This document shows, piece after piece, positions 57,051 to 64,000 of a stretch of 64,000 bases of DNA. Below the pieces are notes generated by a model that did no database searches, was not told the DNA's origin, and saw only the letters and a list, made by a program, of their open reading frames with translations. This DNA is from Nitrospirota bacterium (lineage in GTDB: Bacteria > Nitrospirota > Thermodesulfovibrionia > UBA6902 > DSMQ01): positions 12,914 through 76,913 of the forward strand of contig JACQXB010000004.1 of assembly GCA_016208965.1 (NCBI GenBank), written 5' to 3'. Each line of letters opens with the position of its first letter. Positions within the stretch are counted from its first letter, which is position 1. The position numbers were made by a program, and so were the translations under genes.

Positions 57051-58085
57051 CTACTTAACCGCTACGGTCAGCTCTTTCCTCTCAACCCTGTACATCTCTA
57101 AGATTTCATCCCCGACGCTTCGGGGCTGGGCACTGAGGTAATATCGTTCATCTTTGTTTGATACTGCTACATCTACCTCAGGCAGTTTTTTAGCATCTGA
57201 ATACCTTGCGCATATAGAGGCAGCTAATTCAAGGGCACTTTCTGAAGGATTACCACAGAGTATTGTTAAAGGGCTCCCGAACCCTTCAACCTGTAACAGG
57301 TAATCTGTATTTTCAGATAAAGACCGAATAACATCGTTTTCCTCTTTATTTCTTCCAACTACTATCTTCCAACCATCTGATATTCTGAAATGACGCCCGA
57401 CCCTTAGGAGATTTATATCCTTTAGAGATGGAGCAGGATTATATTTAAGAAGCTCTTTGAGTCTGTAAGAATATACCGGGTCTGTCAGAAGACAGCCTCC
57501 AGAAGGAGCTGGATAATCTGTTAAGCCAAACTCCCTTGCAAGCGCCATTTGAGGCTTTCTTGTCCTGCCACAAAAATTGCAGAGTTTCTCTCTATCTACG
57601 ATTCCCAACTGCTCAGGGATAGTTGGTTTTAGCAGCTTTGTGCTGAGAGGTCTTAATACATAACCTTCAAGTCCTGCCTCTCTGTCTATTCTTGGAAATG
57701 TATCCCTCCTCTGACTCATAGGTCTCTGCCCGAGCACCTCTCCTGTTATTATAAAATCTGCACTGAATATTTCCATAAGCTCTTTAGCCTCTTTTAACAT
57801 CAGTATCCTGCAGTCAATACATGGGTTCATGTTTTTACCATATCCGAACTTTGGATTCTTCACAATCTCTATGAACTTATCAGCGAGGTGGCAGAGTTTT
57901 ACTTTAAACCCGAATTTCTCAGCAGCAGAAAACGGGTCTTTGGAGCATGAAGACCTGTCTGAGATATCACACCCAAAATGTGTAAGAAAAGTGACGGCAA
58001 TAACCTCTATCCCCTGTCTCATGGCAGTAAGGATAGCGAGTGTGCTGTCAAGGCCCCCTGAGAAAAGCGCAATCGCCTTTGGCAT
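57051..58085 (-). CDS. ThiI-like PP-loop ATP pyrophosphatase (tRNA sulfurtransferase family, no THUMP domain)
   Basis: LFSGGLDSTLA PP-loop, NPCIDCRILML, ITGEVLGQRPMSQ. Confidence 0.7.
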   Translation of the reverse strand: MPKAIALFSGGLDSTLAILTAMRQGIEVIAVTFLTHFGCDISDRSSCSKDPFSAAEKFGFKVKLCHLADKFIEIVKNPKFGYGKNMNPCIDCRILMLKEAKELMEIFSADFIITGEVLGQRPMSQRRDTFPRIDREAGLEGYVLRPLSTKLLKPTIPEQLGIVDREKLCNFCGRTRKPQMALAREFGLTDYPAPSGGCLLTDPVYSYRLKELLKYNPAPSLKDINLLRVGRHFRISDGWKIVVGRNKEENDVIRSLSENTDYLLQVEGFGSPLTILCGNPSESALELAASICARYSDAKKLPEVDVAVSNKDERYYLSAQPRSVGDEILEMYRVERKELTVAVK

Positions 58086-58104
58086 GTATTAATTCTAACT
58101 TAAA

Positions 58105-58377
58105 TTAACCTGAATCCTGCGTCATTGCATAAGATATGATAACACAAAGTTCAAAAAATGCTACTAACCATGCAGTTTTTTGGTATAATGAACACTATTT
58201 AAAGGTTATTGTAAAAACCTACTTTTTAATTAGGTTTCTGCGATACATGAAATACGGTACTAAAAATCTAAGAAGAGATGATGGAATATGCATTAAAGCA
58301 GATAGAAAAAGAACTGGATGCCCGATTAAAAACTTCGGGCATGACATTTATTTGGTTTCACGCAGGATTCAGGTTAA
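58105..58377. repeat. 273-bp unit bounded by perfect 18-bp inverted repeats TTAACCTGAATCCTGCGT
   Basis: IR-L at 58105-58122, IR-R at 58360-58377. The interior carries TGGTATAAT (58181-58189) and the hairpin ATGCCCGA/TCGGGCAT (58318-58342). Confidence 0.8.
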
Positions 58378-58402
58378 CTATTTTGAGAAGACATTCAATG
58401 TT

Positions 58403-58891
58403 TCATTCTAAATCAATAAATTCCGTTTCTTTGGTTTTTGTATCAATTATCAAAACTGTTGCCTTTTCCCAGAATCCATGTGCTGTCCCCGGGTTAAGGA
58501 CTAAAGTATTCCCTACTTTTTTATTTTCACATTCATGCGTATGCCCATAAATAACAATATCATATCTCCCACATTCAATCAGTGCGTCCCTGAGTTGCGG
58601 TTCAGTTCCGTGATAACATGCGAATTTCAGGCTGTCTTTTTCGAACTCATGAAAATCCCCTTTAATCTCTCCGCCTATTTCATTAAAGGTATTAATAAGT
58701 CTGAATTTATCTCCATCATTATTACCAAATATACCAATAAGTTTTATACCCTGAAATGCCTTAACCGATGCAGGATTTACATAATCTCCAAGATGGAGGA
58801 TAAAATCTACATTTCTGGATTTAAATACCTGTAAGCTCTTTTTAATGTTCTCTATATGGTCATGTGAATCTGAGATTATGCCAATCTTCAT
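58403..58891 (-). CDS. YfcE/MJ0936-family metallophosphoesterase
   Basis: IGIISDSHD, HLGD, GNND, GHTH motifs. Confidence 0.88.
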   Translation of the reverse strand: MKIGIISDSHDHIENIKKSLQVFKSRNVDFILHLGDYVNPASVKAFQGIKLIGIFGNNDGDKFRLINTFNEIGGEIKGDFHEFEKDSLKFACYHGTEPQLRDALIECGRYDIVIYGHTHECENKKVGNTLVLNPGTAHGFWEKATVLIIDTKTKETEFIDLE

Positions 58892-60651
58892 ACATCCCCG
58901 ACGTTTCGGGACTCCGCACCCTTTGATGGTCTGAGCCCGCTCAGGCTCAGCTGTATAGTCTTATTGCCATTCCACTCATTTATTATAGGTATAAATGCGG
59001 CATCTACAAATCGTGAATCGTCTTGTTCTAATAAATCACCCATATTAAATCCAATCGTATCCATGCTTATATTTTTTTGTCTTAACCTCATCTTCAGGTG
59101 ATTATTACCAACAACCCTCGGTTCAATAACCTCTATGCCCTTAATGCCCATTACAGGCTCTTCGTTTGAATTGCCAAACGGCTCAAGCAGATTTAATTCC
59201 TTAACAAGATTGAAGTTTACCTCAGAAAGGTCAACACATGCATCTATTTCAAGCATCGGGGTAAGGGCATCATTCGTGAGGTCTCTTTCAACTATCCGGT
59301 CTACTTGACTCTTAAAAGCAACAAGATTCTCCTCGCGAAGTTTAATGCCTGCTGCATAGGTATGCCCGCCAAAGCTAAGAAGCAGGCCTGCGCATTCTGC
59401 AATACATTTATAAAGATCAAATGCCGGAATGCTCCTTGCTGAACCCTTTGCAATAGTCCCGATATTCGTCGGGATAATTGAGAAAAGAAATGCCGGTCTG
59501 TAAAACTCCTCTGCAAGACGTGAGGCAACAATGCCAATTACCCCTTCATGCCACTCGGGTGAATATAATATTATGGCTTTGTCAATGTTGTTGCTTCCTA
59601 TCATCTCAAGTGCAGAGTTATATACCACTCCTTCAATTCTCTGCCTCTTTATGTTCTGTTCTTCAAGGAAGCCTGCTATACCTTTTGCTCGTGCCTCATC
59701 ATGAGTTAAAAAAAGCTCTACAACCTCACTTGCATCCCCGAGTCTGCCTGCTGCATTAATTCGGGGTACTACTGTATAAGAAAGTAACACTGATTTGACC
59801 TCTCTATTGTTCAAGCCAGCCACCTCTTTTAATGCCTGTATCCCGACACTGCATGTGTTGTTTAGTTTTTTAAGCCCGTATGCTGCAAGGATTCTATTTT
59901 CTCCTGTAAGCGGAACAGAATCCGCAATTGTCCCTATGGCAACCAAATCAAGTAGATTCTCTGATTCTGCATCCTGTATCCTGCATCCTGTATCCTGTAG
60001 TAATGCCTGTGCCAATTTATAGGCAACACCAACGCCTGCAAGATACTTAAACGGATAATTTGAATCATTCCTGCGTGGATTTATAACAGCTATAGCCTGT
60101 GGTAATTTTTGATTTAATAGTGTTCCGTTAACTAACGGCGGCTCGTGATGGTCAGTAATAATAACATCTATACCATGAGAGCGGGCTTCTAATACTTCTT
60201 TTTCAGAACTTATTCCACAATCTACTGTAATAAGAAGGCTTGCACCACAGTCTTTTGCCTTTTGTATTCCTTTTTGGCTTACCCCGTAACCATCTGTAAG
60301 CCTGTTAGGAATATGATAATAGGTCTTTAAACCTAATCCCCTTAATACAGAAACTAAGAGTGCTGTAGATGTAACGCCGTCTGCATCGTAATCACCATGA
60401 ACAAGTATGCTCTCATTTCTGTCTAAAGCAACCTTTATCCTCTCAACAGCAATTTTCATATCAGGCATTAGAAAAGGGTCATGAAGGCTTTCAGGGGATG
60501 GAGAAAGAAAGGTTTTTATTGACTCAGGGTCTTTAATCCCCCTGTTTACAAGGATCTGAGCAAATGCTGGAGAAATAGATGCCTTGCGCGAAAAATACTC
60601 TAAAAATTCTTTATTGGTTCTATTAACTAACCATCGTCTGTGCACTGTCAA
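58888..60651 (-). CDS. recJ: Single-stranded-DNA-specific exonuclease RecJ
   Basis: VHGDYDADGVTS, ITVDCG, ITDHH, GGH...AG. The 3' end overlaps the next gene (ATGA). Confidence 0.93.
   Translation of the reverse strand: MTVHRRWLVNRTNKEFLEYFSRKASISPAFAQILVNRGIKDPESIKTFLSPSPESLHDPFLMPDMKIAVERIKVALDRNESILVHGDYDADGVTSTALLVSVLRGLGLKTYYHIPNRLTDGYGVSQKGIQKAKDCGASLLITVDCGISSEKEVLEARSHGIDVIITDHHEPPLVNGTLLNQKLPQAIAVINPRRNDSNYPFKYLAGVGVAYKLAQALLQDTGCRIQDAESENLLDLVAIGTIADSVPLTGENRILAAYGLKKLNNTCSVGIQALKEVAGLNNREVKSVLLSYTVVPRINAAGRLGDASEVVELFLTHDEARAKGIAGFLEEQNIKRQRIEGVVYNSALEMIGSNNIDKAIILYSPEWHEGVIGIVASRLAEEFYRPAFLFSIIPTNIGTIAKGSARSIPAFDLYKCIAECAGLLLSFGGHTYAAGIKLREENLVAFKSQVDRIVERDLTNDALTPMLEIDACVDLSEVNFNLVKELNLLEPFGNSNEEPVMGIKGIEVIEPRVVGNNHLKMRLRQKNISMDTIGFNMGDLLEQDDSRFVDAAFIPIINEWNGNKTIQLSLSGLRPSKGAESRNVGDV
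59964..59998. repeat. Heptamer tandem repeat ATYCTGY x5 inside recJ
   Basis: attctgc atcctgt atcctgc atcctgt atcctgt, translated as LQDTGCRIQDAES. Confidence 0.9.
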
Positions 60652-60664
60652 TTAAAAATAGCAC

Positions 60665-60737
60665 GATTCATGATACACGATACATGATTCATGATTCATG
60701 ATGAAAATTTTCCTATCCTGTATCTTGTATCATGCAT
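60665..60737. repeat. Two opposed heptamer arrays (GATWCAY x6, then TATCNTG x3) between secF and recJ
   Basis: Arrays at 60665-60706 and 60714-60734. Confidence 0.85.
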
Positions 60738-60758
60738 CAGTTGATTTACTCTGGTTTT

Positions 60759-61670
60759 TCATTTTTTCGTAAAGGGCCTTTCACCGCCCCACATAAGCAC
60801 AATAGGACTTGCAACAAATATGGAAGAATAAGTCCCTGCCACTATCCCTATGATAATCGCAAGTGCAAAGTCATGGATGACTTCACCACCAAAAAAGAAA
60901 ATGGCTATCACAGCAAATAGTGTTGTAAGAGAAGTGATTATGGTTCTCGAGAGCACTTCGTTAATGCTCCGGTTTATTACTACCTCTACAGGTTCCTTAA
61001 ACCCTACCTTTAGGTTCTCCCTGATTCTATCAAAGATAACCACTGTATCTGTAAGGGAATAGCCAGCTATAGCAAGAATGGCAGATACAATGATAAGGTT
61101 TATCTCGCGATCCATAATATAAAATAGCCCCAAAACCGCAAAGACATCGTGCAATGCAGCTATAGTGGCACCAACGCTAAATCTAAACTGGAACCTCCAC
61201 GTTATATAGATAAGTAGTCCCACGGTTGCAGCAAGGATTGCCCATAGGGCATTTGTCTTTAGCCTCGCGCCTATCTTTGGCCCTATCTCTGTTGTGGAAT
61301 CAATGGTGAGTTTCTGGTCAGAGAATCTCTTAGAGAGGATTGATATTATTTTTTCTGATGACCCGCCGATGATCTCTTCTCCTCCTTTAATCCTTATCAG
61401 GAGTTTTCTTTCCACGGGCATATCCTGAAGGTCAAAGTCTTTAAGCCCGCCTTCACTCAAGACAGTTCTCGCATCTGAAAGAGAAAATGGTTTTTCAAAT
61501 TTTATCTGCACAGATGTGCCACCAGTGAAATCTATCCCGAGATTGGCTTTACCCCTGTATATCTGGATAATTACAACAATCCCCAATAAAAAGATTATGC
61601 CAGAGATGACAAAGGCATGATATCTCTTGCCCATAAAGTCTATATTTGTATTTTTCAGAAACTCTATCAT
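60759..61670 (-). CDS. secF: Protein translocase subunit SecF
   Basis: IDFTGGT; six TM helices; overlaps the secD stop. Confidence 0.93.
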   Translation of the reverse strand: MIEFLKNTNIDFMGKRYHAFVISGIIFLLGIVVIIQIYRGKANLGIDFTGGTSVQIKFEKPFSLSDARTVLSEGGLKDFDLQDMPVERKLLIRIKGGEEIIGGSSEKIISILSKRFSDQKLTIDSTTEIGPKIGARLKTNALWAILAATVGLLIYITWRFQFRFSVGATIAALHDVFAVLGLFYIMDREINLIIVSAILAIAGYSLTDTVVIFDRIRENLKVGFKEPVEVVINRSINEVLSRTIITSLTTLFAVIAIFFFGGEVIHDFALAIIIGIVAGTYSSIFVASPIVLMWGGERPFTKK

Positions 61671-63301
61671 ATGCTTAAGGCTATAACTTTCCTCTTACTT
61701 AAGAGAATGTCAAAGATGGTCTTTGTTCCAATAAGTGCTGTAAACAGGTTTATAGCAACACCAATGCTTAATGTAACTGCAAAGCCTTTTATAGGTCCTG
61801 TGCCGAACTGAAATAGCACCACTGCCGTTATTAATGTTGTTACATGGGAATCAAAGATTGTCCAGAATGCCTTGCTGTATCCCGAATCAACTGCTGCAAT
61901 TGTGGTTTTCCCGAGCCTTAACTCATCTCTTATCCTTTCAAACATAAGAACATTACTGTCAACAGCCATTCCTATAGCAAGGATTATCCCTGCTATGCCC
62001 GGAAGTGTAAGGGTAGCATTAAACATTGAAAGGGCACCGAGCAGCATAATGATATTAAGGATAAGTGCAAAATCAGCTATTACACCGGAAAGCCTGTAAT
62101 AAAATATCATAAACACAATAACAAGAATTGCACCAATAATACCTGCCTTAATACCTGCATTTATAGAATCCCTTCCAAGAGAAGGTCCTACTGTCACATT
62201 CTGCAGCATCTTCATAGGTGCCGGAAGAGAACCTGACCTTAGCACAATAGCAAGGTCTTTGGCTTCGTCCATGCCAAAATTGCCTGTTATCTGGGCATTC
62301 CCACCAGCGATTCTCTCCTGTATTACCGGTGCTGAATAGACATTTTTATCAAGGATGATAGAGAGACGTTTTTTGACGTTTGCAGATGTAATCTGTTCAA
62401 AGAGCTTTGCACCGGCAGGGTTAAAAGATATTGATACATATGGTTCGTTAAATCTCGTATCAATATTTACCCTTGCCTCTGTAAGAAAATCTCCTGTTAT
62501 AATCGTTTGCCTCTTAACAAGATAAACCCTCTTTGTTATCTTCCCTGTCTCTTTATCTGTGACCTTCTCAAAGAGTATCTCATCATCAGGCGGAAGCTTA
62601 GGGCTAAATTCCTGCATTAATTTCTCCTCTTCACCCGGTAAAATATTCCCGGGAAGTTGTGCGGCCAGAGGGTTTTCGTCATCTAAAAGCTTAAACTCAA
62701 GAATAGCGGTTTTACCCACAATATCAACTGCCCTCTTGGTATCTTTAACACCCGGAAGCTGAACAACTATTTCATTAACCCCCTGTCTCTGTATGGTTGG
62801 CTCTGCAACACCAAACTGGTCTATCCTGTTACGTATGGTCTCAAGTGCCTGGTCTACAGCAGAGTCTTTTATCCTCTGGGCTTCTCTATCTGAAAGTTTA
62901 TATATAACTTTTCCATCTGAACTATCAGATAATTTAAGGGCTGGATAATTATCTTCAATAACCTTTCTTATGCTTATATCAGCAGGAGATACCATAATGC
63001 CCGAGACGTCTTTTTTGATATCAACCTTATCCCGAAGGTTCGGGATTTTATCAAGGATGTCTTTAAGGCTTCCTGCTATCCTCTCTGTCGTTATATCAAC
63101 AGCCTTATCACCCTCTACCTCAAAGACAAGATGCAGCCCCCCCTGAAGATCAAGCCCAAGGGTTATACCCTTGTCAGGCATTATGTCTTTCCACCACTTG
63201 GGCATTGATGAGAACAAAGGAGTGGATGGAAGAAAAAAGACAATGGATAATATTGTTGTTGCGGCGATTAATAAAATCCGCCAGAAAAAATTTTTTTTCA
63301 T
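61667..63301 (-). CDS. secD: Protein translocase subunit SecD
   Basis: LGLDLQGG; large periplasmic domain; C-terminal six TM helices with [21 protein letters not shown]. Confidence 0.94.
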   Translation of the reverse strand: MKKNFFWRILLIAATTILSIVFFLPSTPLFSSMPKWWKDIMPDKGITLGLDLQGGLHLVFEVEGDKAVDITTERIAGSLKDILDKIPNLRDKVDIKKDVSGIMVSPADISIRKVIEDNYPALKLSDSSDGKVIYKLSDREAQRIKDSAVDQALETIRNRIDQFGVAEPTIQRQGVNEIVVQLPGVKDTKRAVDIVGKTAILEFKLLDDENPLAAQLPGNILPGEEEKLMQEFSPKLPPDDEILFEKVTDKETGKITKRVYLVKRQTIITGDFLTEARVNIDTRFNEPYVSISFNPAGAKLFEQITSANVKKRLSIILDKNVYSAPVIQERIAGGNAQITGNFGMDEAKDLAIVLRSGSLPAPMKMLQNVTVGPSLGRDSINAGIKAGIIGAILVIVFMIFYYRLSGVIADFALILNIIMLLGALSMFNATLTLPGIAGIILAIGMAVDSNVLMFERIRDELRLGKTTIAAVDSGYSKAFWTIFDSHVTTLITAVVLFQFGTGPIKGFAVTLSIGVAINLFTALIGTKTIFDILLSKRKVIALSI

Positions 63302-63340
63302 TTATCTCCTACCCATGTCTGTCCAAGTTTGTTCAGGGTG

Positions 63341-63676
63341 CTATTCGCCTGTCCTTAAACCTGCAATAGAACTACGACTTATCTTTACCTTCACATTCTC
63401 TGCTATCTTTATAGTTGCAGTAGTCGGGTCAATATCGTCTATAACGCCGTAGATACCGCCCGAGGTAATAATCTTATCTCCCTTCTTAAGATTCTCAAGC
63501 ATTGTTCTATGTTCTTTAGCCTTCTTAGACTGCGGCCTTATGAGAAGGAAGTAGAATATAACGAAGATCAGTATGAGCGGGAAGAATGATGAAAAAAAGG
63601 CATCTGTCCCACCGGCGGGGCCACCGCCAGCATCCTTTGGTGCCTGTCCCATAGCATAAACAATATCTGTAAACAT
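63341..63676 (-). CDS. yajC: Preprotein translocase subunit YajC
   Basis: FYFLLIRPQSKKAKEH...GDKIITSGGIYG. Confidence 0.9.
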   Translation of the reverse strand: MFTDIVYAMGQAPKDAGGGPAGGTDAFFSSFFPLILIFVIFYFLLIRPQSKKAKEHRTMLENLKKGDKIITSGGIYGVIDDIDPTTATIKIAENVKVKISRSSIAGLRTGE

Positions 63677-63760
63677 AATTCGCCTCCTGAATAGTGATTT
63701 TGAAAATCTGAATAATATACCCTTTCGGCAATTGTTTAATCAAGACTTGGAGATATTCTA

Positions 63761-64000
63761 TTAAGCTAACTCTTTCTTTATTGCCCCCATAACCCTGAAT
63801 TTTCTGTATCTCTCTTCAAGAACCGTATCTATAGAATTTTCCATCAATTCAGAAAGGTGTCTCCTGACCGTTTTTTTAACATCTGAGGCTGTATCCTTTG
63901 GTGCCCTATGCGCACCTCCAACAGGTTCAGGGATTATCTCATCAATTACTCCCATCTCAAACAAATCCTGAGCTGTAAGTTTCAATGACTCAGAAGCCTT
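63761..64000 (-). CDS. accA: Acetyl-CoA carboxylase carboxyltransferase alpha subunit, C-terminal part (5' end outside the window)
   Basis: LTAQDLFEMGVIDEIIPEPVGGAHRAP...RYRKFRVMG. The frame stays open to position 64000. Confidence 0.85.
   Translation of the reverse strand, partial: KASESLKLTAQDLFEMGVIDEIIPEPVGGAHRAPKDTASDVKKTVRRHLSELMENSIDTVLEERYRKFRVMGAIKKELA

Noticed and set aside
58278-58550. Plus-strand ORF MMEYALKQIEKELDARLKTSG...
   Set aside because: It starts inside the IR-bounded element and runs antisense into the phosphoesterase gene with no homology. The region is better explained as a non-coding element or candidate sRNA.

Overview
64-kb chromosomal window from a low-GC bacterium (high-30s % by eye). 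The gene set looks anaerobic: PerR, flavodiiron protein, rubredoxin, rubrerythrin, BioW. Any lineage guess, such as Nitrospirota or Thermodesulfovibrionia, is inference only. Housekeeping blocks: miaA/argS; hisC-aroF-tyrA-aroA; a lipid kinase gene with bioW-bioB-acyP; perR-fprA-rub-rbr-ispA-dxs-hisA-hisF; a ThiI-like gene, a phosphoesterase gene, recJ-secF-secD-yajC-accA. The accessory content is a large Wzx/Wzy-type exopolysaccharide locus (13.5-25.5 kb and 31.3-40.6 kb). It carries a UDP-sulfoquinovose synthase (sqdB) and a sulfotransferase. The locus shows decay: two frameshifted genes, a truncated duplicate of the priming transferase, and a chimeric GT remnant. It contains a GC-rich foreign insert (AAA ATPase plus an IS66 fragment) and is split by a 5.4-kb island of about 7 same-strand toxin-antitoxin modules. 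A recombination junkyard at 5.7-8.45 kb holds a NACHT/HEAT remnant, an iteron-like repeat array and orphan Rhs toxin/immunity modules. The most unusual signal is the repeat load. There are 7-bp tandem arrays (STRR-like) inside essential genes and flanking EPS genes. A palindromic GGGGGATTTT-type element is translated in frame inside hisF. A GTCATTC...GAATGAC cloverleaf-like element shows compensatory stem changes and one in-frame intragenic copy. No rRNA, tRNA or CRISPR array was recognised. All calls come from reading the sequence and from remembered family motifs; nothing was searched against databases.
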